From Candidatus Woesearchaeota archaeon (lineage in GTDB: Archaea > Nanobdellota > Nanobdellia > Woesearchaeales > JAZDKJ01): DNA of 64,000 nt. The position numbers were made by a program, and so were the translations under genes. Position 1 is the first letter of the stretch. Each line of letters starts with the position of its first letter. The notes under the pieces were generated by a model that ran no database searches, was not told the DNA's origin, and saw only the letters and a program-made list of their open reading frames with translations. Location: contig JAZDKJ010000006.1 in NCBI GenBank assembly GCA_043803105.1, forward strand, positions 384,001 through 448,000. Direction: 5' to 3'. Of the stretch, positions 44,600 through 54,047 are shown in pieces.

Positions 44600-46033
44600 T
44601 TAAGTATTCAAATTATACTGTTTTTGCCTCTCTTCAAGAATTTCCCTTTGTCTGTTAACCAGGCTCTTTATCTGGTCTCTGGCAAGCTTGGCGTTGAAGT
44701 GCATTCGATAGATTATTGGCCTTCCTGCATCATCCGTCAACCTATTGTCTTTTAACGCTTGCCTTAACTGGGGATTCCTTAGGCTTGCCACGTCTTTTGG
44801 GTTTATTTCATAGCCATCTTTGCTGTTCTGCTTGAGGCACCATTCGATAGTTACGGCTGATAAAGGGTCCAGGACGCAGAAATCTTGTATGCTTTTCACT
44901 TCACCTCTTAGCGCAGACCTGATTGCCTTCAGGAATTCCTGGGGGCTTGTAATATATTTTGTCCTATCTCTATTGTAGTTTCTGCTCACAACGATGTCCT
45001 GATACACTGGTACAAAACTGTAAGTGTAATCGCTTTTTCCTTTCTGATAAAACCTTCCTGAAAGCATGTTCTTGAGGTTAATTATTCGATTTTGGTTTTT
45101 GTACTCCCATTTTGTAAGTCGTGCATTGACAGCAGGGTCTTTCATATGCATTATGGCTGTATTGTCAAACTGGAGGCCTCTTTCAACTTTAGATTGTATA
45201 TATTTGAGGATAATCTGAGTTGCTTCGTTAATGATCGGGTGTAGATGCCAAAAGTAATCTGCCCTAGCCCCTCTTTCCTTAATGAGCTTTGCAGCATTGT
45301 AAAGTGACCCGATATCATTCACAAACCTTTCTTCAGCTGGGATCTCATTTGCCTGCCTGATCCTTCCTTCAGAAATAAACGACACTTTCCGCTGGGCTTC
45401 CAAGGCTAGCCTCTTGTTCTTTTGTTCCTGGCGATCTGGCTTTTTGCGGCTCCTGCTTATGTGCATCAACACCCTCTTTTTAGCCCAATTCTCTCTGGAA
45501 TATCTCCAGTAGTTCTTTTTCATGCGTTCCTTCATATTGTTAGCCATTTGCCATGTCCAACCGCCGTCTTTCTTTGTGTGCCTTTGATATGACTTTGAAG
45601 CGTGTGGCTTAAGGTCTTTTGAGATTCGCCAAGGCACAACCTCATAATAAGTCTCGTTAAGATTGTAGCAGGCGAACTTCTCGTCACAGGATTGAGGAAT
45701 TGCTCCCAGAACCAAGTCACAGATCTGTTCTGTTTGGCTTCCAAGCCATGGTGAATGTTTTGTTCTGCCTGTTATCGTCTTGCTCATCTCGCTTCCTTTG
45801 TTCCTGTACACTCTTTGATGTTTGGGTTTCAAGTCGATAGCCTTGAGAATATATTTGGAAGGAGTGCGTCCAACCCTTTGGTGCTTCTCAAGCCTCAGGC
45901 TTTTCCTTCTTAACACCCCTTCATTTTTTTCGAGAAATTGGATTAATCTTATAGCATCGAATGTGACCTGCTCTTGACCAAATGTCTGTCTCCATTGCTC
46001 GCTAGCAAGTTGCAGTTCAAGGCATCTTTCCAT
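44600..46033 (-). CDS. hypothetical basic protein
   Basis: 477-aa uninterrupted ORF, rich in Lys and Arg. Confidence 0.7.
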   Translation of the reverse strand: MERCLELQLASEQWRQTFGQEQVTFDAIRLIQFLEKNEGVLRRKSLRLEKHQRVGRTPSKYILKAIDLKPKHQRVYRNKGSEMSKTITGRTKHSPWLGSQTEQICDLVLGAIPQSCDEKFACYNLNETYYEVVPWRISKDLKPHASKSYQRHTKKDGGWTWQMANNMKERMKKNYWRYSRENWAKKRVLMHISRSRKKPDRQEQKNKRLALEAQRKVSFISEGRIRQANEIPAEERFVNDIGSLYNAAKLIKERGARADYFWHLHPIINEATQIILKYIQSKVERGLQFDNTAIMHMKDPAVNARLTKWEYKNQNRIINLKNMLSGRFYQKGKSDYTYSFVPVYQDIVVSRNYNRDRTKYITSPQEFLKAIRSALRGEVKSIQDFCVLDPLSAVTIEWCLKQNSKDGYEINPKDVASLRNPQLRQALKDNRLTDDAGRPIIYRMHFNAKLARDQIKSLVNRQREILEERQKQYNLNT

Positions 46034-46135
46034 TGTCTAGTCAGTTGGCAATTCCTTTTTAAAGCTTATCACAAAGCTTATTTTACGGCTGCCTTAACGA
46101 AATATTTTTATAAGGCAAATCTTACCTATTTTGTT

Positions 46136-46300
46136 ATGGTCGAGACAAAAAAGCTCAAGAACTGCCCTGAGTGTGGCAGCTCAAACATCCAGAAAAGCAA
46201 ATTGAAGGAGCAGATCATCTGCCTGGATTGCGGAGTGATTTTCGAAGCCCTCGCTCCGAAGAGTGAAAAGAAGTATGAGAAAGTAAGTGATGTTATTTGA
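46136..46300 (+). CDS. small TFIIB-type zinc-ribbon protein
   Basis: CPECGS...IICLDCG; ATG at 46136. Confidence 0.8.
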   Translation: MVETKKLKNCPECGSSNIQKSKLKEQIICLDCGVIFEALAPKSEKKYEKVSDVI

Positions 46301-46500
46301 GTGCCGCAAAGCGCAAGGCTCGCTCTAGTTCTCTAAGTGCTAAAATATTGGTTCAATTGAAGAAAGCCAAGAAGGAAGAGAAAAAGAAAGTACCTTCCAA
46401 GATGGACATCCAAAAAGAGGATGCATTGTTTGTAAGCCAGGCAAGAAAGTTAAGGCGGCTCCTTAGCCCGATACCCAAGACCAAGGCAAGGAAATCCTAG
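46297..46500 (+). CDS. small basic hypothetical protein
   Basis: TTG start overlapping the upstream stop; fills the gap. Confidence 0.45.
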   Translation: MSAAKRKARSSSLSAKILVQLKKAKKEEKKKVPSKMDIQKEDALFVSQARKLRRLLSPIPKTKARKS

Positions 46501-46501
46501 A

Positions 46502-47476
46502 TTACCTCCAATTCACTTCAACATCATCAGTTCTCTGGTAGGGCTTGATGTCAAGCTTATTGCCAGTTGCCTCTTTCTGCTGCAATATTCCCTGCCAGGC
46601 TATTTGCACTCCGTTGTCAACAAGGAATTGGTTTTCCGGAACAAAGCACTTAGCTCCTCGCTCAAGGCACATCTTTCTGCACATCTCTTGAAGCCTTTTG
46701 TTGCATGCAACCCCTCCGCCAAGCAGGAGCTCTTTCTTCTCGCAGTGTGCCATTGCCCGCTCAGCCACCTCGACAAGCATTGCAAACACTGTCTCTTGTG
46801 CCGAATACGCCAGGTCTTCATTAGAAAACTTGCCGATTTTTTGTTTTAGGTTTGTGAGTATTCCTCCCACAGAAATGTCCATTCCCTTGACAACATAGGG
46901 AAGCTCAATGTACTGTTTTCCTTTACTAGCGAGTTCAGCAATCTTCGGCCCTCCTGGAAAACCTATTCCAAGCTCTCTGCCGAATGCATCAAGAAAGTTT
47001 CCCACTCCATTGTCCAGCGTTTCCCCAAATATCCTGTACTTGCCGCCTTCATACGCGATTACCTGAGTATTGGCTCCTGAAACGTAAAGGAGCACAGGGT
47101 CTTTTGCTGGGGTGACAAGCCTTCCTATTTCAAGGTGCGATATGCAGTGGTTCACACCAACAAGGCTTATCTTGTTCCGTCTGCAAAAATCTGTTGCTTT
47201 CTCTAGCCCAACAACAAGGCATGGCGCAAGCCCTGGCCCCTGAGAAAAGCTCACCAGCCCAATTTGATGCTCTTGCAGGCCTGCTTTTGCTAAGGCTGAA
47301 TTTATTACCTGGTCTGCGACCTTCAAGTGATGTTCTTTTGCCGCAGACGGGTGTATCCCTCCGTGAGTGGTTGTGTAGCTGTCTTTTTCATTAGCGAGTA
47401 TTTTTCCCTCGTTTGTCACTATACCTACACCAAATGTGTGTGCAGTGCTTTCTATGCCCAAACATATCATAATCAT
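46502..47476 (-). CDS. kae1: tRNA N6-threonylcarbamoyltransferase Kae1
   Basis: LGIESTAHTFG, SQGPG, VNHCISHLEIG, SGANTQ, GETLD, GGVACN, DNG. Confidence 0.96.
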   Translation of the reverse strand: MIMICLGIESTAHTFGVGIVTNEGKILANEKDSYTTTHGGIHPSAAKEHHLKVADQVINSALAKAGLQEHQIGLVSFSQGPGLAPCLVVGLEKATDFCRRNKISLVGVNHCISHLEIGRLVTPAKDPVLLYVSGANTQVIAYEGGKYRIFGETLDNGVGNFLDAFGRELGIGFPGGPKIAELASKGKQYIELPYVVKGMDISVGGILTNLKQKIGKFSNEDLAYSAQETVFAMLVEVAERAMAHCEKKELLLGGGVACNKRLQEMCRKMCLERGAKCFVPENQFLVDNGVQIAWQGILQQKEATGNKLDIKPYQRTDDVEVNWR

Positions 47477-47554
47477 GGTAAAAACTGGGTGTTTTTAAAA
47501 AAGTTGCCAAAAAGCACCAAAACCTTTAATAATTCTGGCGACATGGAATAACGC

Positions 47555-49453
47555 ATGTCGCTCAAGTTGCTTCTCAATGATATTTCCAAATATAATCCGA
47601 AGGCCAATCTTGCCCTGATCGAAAAAGCCTACAGGTTTGCAGAGACTTGTCATGCAGGGCAAAAACGCGAATCAGGCCAACTCTATTTTACCCACCCGCT
47701 GGAGGTAGCAAAGATTCTTTCGCGCATGAAGGCTGATTCAGCGACAATTGCTGCAGGACTTCTTCACGATACTATGGAGGAATGCAACATTAAGCTGGAG
47801 ACCATTGCGCATGAGTTTGGTTCTGAGGTAAGCGAACTTGTGGAAGGAGTGACGAAGATTGACAAGATTCATTTCCAGGATAAAGAGGATTACACTGCAG
47901 AGAACCTTAGGAAGATCATCCTGGCGACAGCAAAAGACGTCAGGGTAATGTTGATAAAGTTAGCAGACAGGCTTCACAACATGGAGACCCTGCGCACCTT
48001 TAGAGAGGAAAAGCAGAGGAGAATAGCGCAGGAGACCCTTGACATCTATGCACCGATTGCACACAAGCTTGGGATGCGCGCAATTAAGGGAGAGCTTGAA
48101 GACTTGTCATTGCGCGTGCTCGATCCCACAAATTACCGTCTCCTGGCAAACAAGATTCAGCAGAGGAGAGAGGAGAGGGAGCACAAGACAAAGCGCCTCA
48201 TCAAGCAGATTAGGGCTGCGCTTAGGGAGAAAGGGATTGATGCCTCTGTTCAAGGTCGTGCAAAGTACTTTTACAGCATCTATAAGAAAATGAAGAAAAG
48301 GAGTGTTGACTTCAATGAGATATATGACCTCACAGCCATAAGGATTATTACGAAGACCATCCCAGAATGCTACACTGCCTTGGGCGTGGTACACGAGCTC
48401 TTTAAGCCGCTGCCCGGACGCTTTAAGGATTATATTGCACTTCCTAAGTCCAATGGTTACCAGAGCCTTCACACCACTGTTGTCGAGAGTGAAAGCAAGA
48501 TTCTTGAGATTCAGATACGCACTGAGGAGATGCACAACATTGCAGAAGATGGCATTGCTGCCCACTGGCGCTACAAGCAGACTGAACGCGATAAGGGTTT
48601 TGACAAGAAGATTGGCTGGTTGAAGCAGGTGCTTGATTGGAAGGCCAGTTCAAAGGACGCAAGAGAGTTCATCGAAACGCTTAAGACTGACCTCTTTGAG
48701 GATGAGGTTGTTGTATTTACGCCTAAAGGGGATCCAATCTCTCTCCCTGAAGGTTCCACACCGGTTGACTTTGCATATGAGGTTCACTCTAACCTTGGCC
48801 ACAAATGCTCCAAGGCAATGGTCAATAATAAGCTTGTCACTCTTGATTACAAGCTGAAGTCCGGCGACCTCGTGGAAATTATTGTAAAGAAGGATGCAGA
48901 GCCATCAAGGCAATGGCTCAACTTCGTAAAGACCAACCGTGCAAAGGGAAAGATTCGGTCTTATCTCAAGATTGAAGGTGATACGTCGCTTAAGTCAGGC
49001 GCTGTTTCTCTTTCCGAGGAGAAACTCTCCTCTTTGATCCGGGTTGACAGCAAGAAGAACGTGCTAAAGATTGCCAAGTGCTGCGAGCCCCACCCGAATG
49101 ATAAGATTGTCGCCTTTCCAACCAAGGACAAGAAGCTTACAGTTCATAAGGCAGATTGCGAGACAGTTAAAGGCCTTGACAAGAGAAAACTTCTCTTGGC
49201 ATATTGGCAGCTGCCGGAAAAAAAGGACATCAAGCTCAGCATTACGATGCTTGACCGTGTCGGAATCCTCTCTGAGGTTCTCAATGTCATTTCGCGTTAT
49301 AAGGCCAACATTTCCAGCGTGCATACCAAAGCTGGCAGGGAGAAATTCTTCATTGCAGACATCAGCATTGAGTCTTCTGATCAGGAGCACCTTCCCACCA
49401 TAATCTTTGAGATTCGCAAGATTAAGGACGTGACTGAGGTGCATAACAGTTAA
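47555..49453 (+). CDS. rel: long RelA/SpoT homolog, (p)ppGpp synthetase/hydrolase
   Basis: HAGQKRESG..YFTHP, LHDTMEE, KLADRLHNM, GRAK..YSIYKKM, RFKDYI..PKSNGYQSLHT, EIQIRT, TGS domain, AKCC zinc finger, ACT domain. Confidence 0.96.
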   Translation: MSLKLLLNDISKYNPKANLALIEKAYRFAETCHAGQKRESGQLYFTHPLEVAKILSRMKADSATIAAGLLHDTMEECNIKLETIAHEFGSEVSELVEGVTKIDKIHFQDKEDYTAENLRKIILATAKDVRVMLIKLADRLHNMETLRTFREEKQRRIAQETLDIYAPIAHKLGMRAIKGELEDLSLRVLDPTNYRLLANKIQQRREEREHKTKRLIKQIRAALREKGIDASVQGRAKYFYSIYKKMKKRSVDFNEIYDLTAIRIITKTIPECYTALGVVHELFKPLPGRFKDYIALPKSNGYQSLHTTVVESESKILEIQIRTEEMHNIAEDGIAAHWRYKQTERDKGFDKKIGWLKQVLDWKASSKDAREFIETLKTDLFEDEVVVFTPKGDPISLPEGSTPVDFAYEVHSNLGHKCSKAMVNNKLVTLDYKLKSGDLVEIIVKKDAEPSRQWLNFVKTNRAKGKIRSYLKIEGDTSLKSGAVSLSEEKLSSLIRVDSKKNVLKIAKCCEPHPNDKIVAFPTKDKKLTVHKADCETVKGLDKRKLLLAYWQLPEKKDIKLSITMLDRVGILSEVLNVISRYKANISSVHTKAGREKFFIADISIESSDQEHLPTIIFEIRKIKDVTEVHNS

Positions 49454-49486
49454 CTTTATAAGGGACTTTACAGTATTTGAAAAAAA

Positions 49487-49777
49487 ATGAAGTACAAAGC
49501 AAAGAGCGTCATTATAGGAAGGAAAAAAAGGGAGAAAGAGTCAGACGATGATTATCCCTGCTTTGTCAGCCTGTTCAGCGTAAACAATCCTCATGTTTCA
49601 GGCAAAGTGCCTGACAAGATCCTGGAGTTCAAGCACACAGACAGGGTCAATATTGACGGCCTTGATATAATCTATCTCCCAGCAGGCAACGACCTTATTA
49701 TCAATGATTTGGCAGAATTCGAGTTAATGCACGAGACCGGCGGCCACCTTTACATCAAAGGAAAGCAGAAGAAATAG
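49487..49777 (+). CDS. hypothetical protein
   Basis: 96 aa; TTTATAA upstream. Confidence 0.65.
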   Translation: MKYKAKSVIIGRKKREKESDDDYPCFVSLFSVNNPHVSGKVPDKILEFKHTDRVNIDGLDIIYLPAGNDLIINDLAEFELMHETGGHLYIKGKQKK

Positions 49778-49890
49778 TCATGTATTCTCAAAGATTTGGA
49801 AACTCCAAGGAAGCTTAAGCCCAGAAAAAGGCGTTGCCAATCGCCCATGAATCAGTAAAATTTATATAGTACTATCAAGTACTAACAATC

Positions 49891-50256
49891 ATGCGGGACA
49901 AAGCAATTCAAAAAATTCTGCAGATCTTTAAAATCACAGATCAAAAACTCGATTTAGTTGAGAGAGTACTCGCATTGGAAGGCGATAAAAAAGTCCTGGG
50001 TGAGCCTCGAGTGTGCATCTGGGACGCAAAACTGCATCTCGAAGTTGAACTTAACAAGAATTTCAATAGCCTAATAGAATTTCGACAATATCTCAAGAAT
50101 CACAATCTTCCTTATAGTCAAGATCAAGTTTTTCGCAACAAAAGGGAAGGTTACACTCTTCAGGTTAGTGATGTTCCAGTCTATTTCTCACATGAGGCAT
50201 CCTTGCGGATTCTTGCGTGCCCAGACCCTTACGAAAACTTCCACTTCCAAATGTGA
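49891..50256 (+). CDS. hypothetical protein
   Basis: 121 aa; TTTATATA about 30 nt upstream. Confidence 0.6.
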   Translation: MRDKAIQKILQIFKITDQKLDLVERVLALEGDKKVLGEPRVCIWDAKLHLEVELNKNFNSLIEFRQYLKNHNLPYSQDQVFRNKREGYTLQVSDVPVYFSHEASLRILACPDPYENFHFQM

Positions 50257-50312
50257 TTAACAAGTTGCTTAAGAAAGATTAGCTTCAAATTACTGACTCG
50301 CTCAGAGTTATT

Positions 50313-51200
50313 TTAGTCATTAACCTTTGTCGTCACAATCACTTTCTCATCAATAATAAATGTATGTTCTGCCTGGCTCACAAGACCCTTTCTGACGTCA
50401 GGCAAAGGCGGATATCGTCTTATGATTTCAAGCGAAGCAAGTTCCTTGAGAGCGAAATTTACTTTGAACAACGGATATTTCTTTGCAAGCCATCTTGTTG
50501 TGAACGGCAAGCCCTTATAGCCCTCAATTTCCTTTAGTATCTGTCGCGATATCTGGCTTCTTACTGGTTTTGTGCTGATGAGCTGGAATATGTTTGCCTG
50601 TTCTGTCTCATAAATGACTCCTGCTCCTGTGGTTGCAAAAGGCTCGATCGCTATCACCTGGTCTCTCATAAGCTCAGTCTTGTCTTTTGTGTCAATGTTT
50701 GGTATGCTTGGCTTGTCGTGTATATTATAAGGTGACAGGCCATGGCCAGAGAGGTTTCTGATGGGTTGAAACCCATAGCCCTCGATTGTCTCCTGTATTG
50801 TCTTCCCTATCTCTCCAAGTGTTATTCCAACCCTTATAATCTTCGAGACATTGTCCAGTGCTTCTCTGCTTGCCTTTACGAGCTCTGCATTCTCGCCGCT
50901 TAAGTCTACAGTGCATGCAGTGTCTCCTATGCAGCCGTCGATATGCACGCCAACATCAAGGCAGCATACTTGCTTGTCAAAGACCGTCTCATCGTTTGGT
51001 TCAGCGCAGTAGTGTGCAGCAATGTGGTCCATCGATATCTGTACAGGGAATGCGCAAACTCCTCCAAGAAAATGTATTTTTTCCTCTATCTTTTCACTTA
51101 CATCCAGAAGTTTTGCCCCTGGCTTGATGAGTTCACTTCCGTATTGCAGTGCCTCTGCAGCAATCCTTCCTGCTTTTATCCATTTGTCAATATTCTCCAT
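50313..51200 (-). CDS. map: methionine aminopeptidase type II
   Basis: AFPV, AAHY, DVGVHIDGCIGDTA, NLSGH, AIEPFAT, SQAEHT. Confidence 0.96.
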   Translation of the reverse strand: MENIDKWIKAGRIAAEALQYGSELIKPGAKLLDVSEKIEEKIHFLGGVCAFPVQISMDHIAAHYCAEPNDETVFDKQVCCLDVGVHIDGCIGDTACTVDLSGENAELVKASREALDNVSKIIRVGITLGEIGKTIQETIEGYGFQPIRNLSGHGLSPYNIHDKPSIPNIDTKDKTELMRDQVIAIEPFATTGAGVIYETEQANIFQLISTKPVRSQISRQILKEIEGYKGLPFTTRWLAKKYPLFKVNFALKELASLEIIRRYPPLPDVRKGLVSQAEHTFIIDEKVIVTTKVND

Positions 51201-51232
51201 CACCCTTGCGGGTAGAAATATCCTATATAAAT

Positions 51233-51745
51233 TTATGTCTCGGTTTCAGCCGCAAACCCTGGACTCACTCCAGGCAATGTTTTCGGATGTTGCCTTAGAT
51301 ATTCAAAAAGCACTATTGCATACGCTTCTGACAAGCCAAGGCACTGCACTGGGTGCACTATGGGAATAACAAATTTCTCTACTCCATTTCTTCTGCTTAT
51401 CTCCCTTGGCAGCCCTCTGCTCTCACAGCCAAATATTAAGAGAGAATCCTCTTCGAAATAGAGTTTGTCTTTAGGGTCGCCCAGCCGCCTGACGTTTCCG
51501 ACCACTGTTGCATACTTATTAACATATCTTGATAGCAAACCCTCAAGCTCTGTCACTGTGGCAATTTCAACGCGGTTTCTCCTGTCTCTCCTGCAGACAA
51601 GGTTTATGAGTTCTTGACATTCTTCATTCTCTAGAAGTTGATTGGCATCATATAGATGGATTTTTGGAATGTTAAATGCAACGCTGGTGCGAATAATGCT
51701 TCCTAGATTTCTTGGATTCTCGGTGGCATACAACAAGACGTCCAT
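51233..51745 (-). CDS. SpoU/TrmH family RNA methyltransferase
   Basis: ENPRNLGSIIRT, LIFGCESRGLP, IPI....CLGLSEA. Confidence 0.85.
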   Translation of the reverse strand: MDVLLYATENPRNLGSIIRTSVAFNIPKIHLYDANQLLENEECQELINLVCRRDRRNRVEIATVTELEGLLSRYVNKYATVVGNVRRLGDPKDKLYFEEDSLLIFGCESRGLPREISRRNGVEKFVIPIVHPVQCLGLSEAYAIVLFEYLRQHPKTLPGVSPGFAAETET

Positions 51746-51752
51746 GACAACT

Positions 51753-51908
51753 TCATTCCTCGCAGAAGAGCTGGTCCATCTCAAACTTGCTTATCTTGCC
51801 CTTGTTGAGCATTGAGAGTACTGGCTTCTTGCCCTTGCCGCCGTTTATCTGGTCAAAGACAAACTCATGCGTCTCGTTTGCTTCCTTTATCTCGTTCGTT
51901 TTGCCCAT
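51753..51908 (-). CDS. 51-aa hypothetical protein
   Basis: Manual translation MGKTNEIKEANETHEFVFDQINGGKGKKPVLSMLNKGKISKFEMDQLFCEE*; GAGG upstream; AAG/GAG codon usage like host genes. Confidence 0.6.
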   Translation of the reverse strand: MGKTNEIKEANETHEFVFDQINGGKGKKPVLSMLNKGKISKFEMDQLFCEE

Positions 51909-52145
51909 TTTTGCCTCTTCAAAAGTTCAAGGCCCAAGCCCTTATCAGTCCGGGGGGAGAGAATTATGCGCTTGGGCGCAAGACTCTTGTTGTTACTATT
52001 AAGTAGAAATAACTAGTATATAAATTTTTCGATTTGTTACCACTATATAGTTAGTTAATACCAAAATCTTTAAAGTCTAAGGCGATTATGCTGCTCTTGC
52101 CTCAGTAAGATTTATAAGAAGCGGACAAATGCGATTAATGCCATA

Positions 52146-53315
52146 ATGAACAAGAAACTGCCTTTAGCAATGTTTTTAGCATTCGTAATACTTTCAGTAT
52201 TCACTCTCTCTGATGACAGCACATGTTCTGTAACCAAATGCGCTACTATTGACAATGTGAGCGTTAGTTTTCCAGCAACAGAGAGCTCTGCTGGAGAAAT
52301 TTGCATCTATTTTTTCTACGGCAAGAACTGCCCTCATTGCGCCAGGGTAGAGCCTCTGGTAACCGAGCTTGCGGTAAAGCATCCTCGAGTTGACCTTAAG
52401 CCGTTCGAGATTTACTTCAATAATTCAAACCAGCAGCTCTTCAATGACTTTGTCTCAAGGTATGACATTGATACCCCGGGAGTTCCCGCCCTCTTTATTG
52501 GAGACCGGGCCTTGATTGGAGAGGCTGCCATCCGTGACAATCTTGAGACGAGCATTGCCTATTTTGAAGAGCATGGTCCAATCTGTCCAGAGACTTATAA
52601 GAAGGTCGAGGGTACTCCGCATGAGTTGAGCCCTGCCACAGATGTTAAGCTCACCCTTCCTGCGCTTGTTATTGCTGCAGTTATTGACAGCATCAATCCT
52701 TGTGCTTTCTCAGTGCTCATTTTCCTTCTCCTGTATCTTTCTGCGCTTGGCGCAAGAAAAAAGATGCTGAAGGTCGGAATCACCTACATTGTGGTTATCT
52801 TCATTGTCTATTTTCTCTCAGGCCTTGGCCTTTTCACAGTGATCCAGACTACAAACCTTACAAAGTTTGTTTATACTATTGCTGCAGTCATCGCAATAAT
52901 TGCAGGGCTCATCAATGTTAAGGATTTTTTCTGGTATGGCAAGGGCATAACCCTGGCAATCCCAGAATCAAGAAAGCCTCTTCTGCAGAAATACATACAT
53001 AAGGCCACTCTACCTGCTGCTGTTGTGCTCGGAGTTCTGGTTAGCATGTTTGAGCTTCCTTGCACTGGAGGGGTTTATCTTGCAGTCCTGGGCCTCCTGA
53101 GCAGCAAGATGACCTTGATACAGGGAATTCCCTACTTGTTGCTGTACAACCTGATCTTTGTGCTTCCGTTGTTTGTTATCCTGTTGGCTATTTTCTGGGG
53201 CATGCCTCCAGAGCGCGCAGAAAGGTGGAGGCTTGATCAGCGCAAATGGATGAAGCTTGCTATGGGCATCTTGATGATCACTTTAGGTGTGATAATGCTT
53301 TTGGGGTGGATTTAG
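52146..53315 (+). CDS. thioredoxin-domain plus CcdA/DsbD-type membrane protein
   Basis: CPHC, GVP; DSINPCAF and FELPCTGG..YL; multiple TMs. Confidence 0.9.
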   Translation: MNKKLPLAMFLAFVILSVFTLSDDSTCSVTKCATIDNVSVSFPATESSAGEICIYFFYGKNCPHCARVEPLVTELAVKHPRVDLKPFEIYFNNSNQQLFNDFVSRYDIDTPGVPALFIGDRALIGEAAIRDNLETSIAYFEEHGPICPETYKKVEGTPHELSPATDVKLTLPALVIAAVIDSINPCAFSVLIFLLLYLSALGARKKMLKVGITYIVVIFIVYFLSGLGLFTVIQTTNLTKFVYTIAAVIAIIAGLINVKDFFWYGKGITLAIPESRKPLLQKYIHKATLPAAVVLGVLVSMFELPCTGGVYLAVLGLLSSKMTLIQGIPYLLLYNLIFVLPLFVILLAIFWGMPPERAERWRLDQRKWMKLAMGILMITLGVIMLLGWI

Positions 53316-54047
53316 TTGGCCTTGTTTAAGGGATTTTTTGCAGGCAATGTCTTGTTTTATCCAGGATGCCTTACAAAGTTTGTTGGCAAGGATATTGAGG
53401 CAAACTACAAGCAGATCCTTTCAAAGGTAGGCGTGGAGTTTATTATGCTCAAGGACCTTGAGGTCTGCTGCGGAAGTCCGGTGATGAATTCAGGGCATTT
53501 TGATGAAGCAACCGACCTTGCGAAAAAGAACCTTGCGGTTTTCAAGGAGCATAGCGTGCAGAAGATCATTACAGCCTGCCCTGCCTGCTACAAGATGTTC
53601 TCAAAGGAGTATCCCAGGATGCTGAAGTCTTGGGATATCGAGGTAGAGCACATTACCCAGATCATAGAGAAGGCAATTAAGTCTGGCAAATATAAGCCTG
53701 CAAAAAAGGACTTTGTGGTAACGTATCATGACCCCTGCCATTTGGGCAGGCATTGCGGCATTTACGATTCGCCAAGGGAAATCATCAAGAGCACTGGAGC
53801 CAATCTCAAGGAGATGCGTTTAAACAAGGAAATGGCTTTCTGTTGTGGTGCAGGCTCTGGTGTAAAGTCTAACTATCCTGAACTTGCGAACTCAGCAGGC
53901 AAGGAACGAATCAAGATGGCAAAAGAGACAAAAGCAAAATGTCTAGTAACCACCTGCCCCATGTGCTTTTATAATCTTAAGGAGAACTCTGAAGACTTGG
54001 AAGTAATGGAACTAAGCGAATTCCTTGAAGGTGGCAAGAATGGATGA
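53316..54047 (+). CDS. CCG-domain Fe-S protein (LutA/HdrD-like)
   Basis: YPGC, CCGSP, CPAC, TYHDPCHLGR, CCGAG, CPMC. Confidence 0.9.
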   Translation: MALFKGFFAGNVLFYPGCLTKFVGKDIEANYKQILSKVGVEFIMLKDLEVCCGSPVMNSGHFDEATDLAKKNLAVFKEHSVQKIITACPACYKMFSKEYPRMLKSWDIEVEHITQIIEKAIKSGKYKPAKKDFVVTYHDPCHLGRHCGIYDSPREIIKSTGANLKEMRLNKEMAFCCGAGSGVKSNYPELANSAGKERIKMAKETKAKCLVTTCPMCFYNLKENSEDLEVMELSEFLEGGKNG

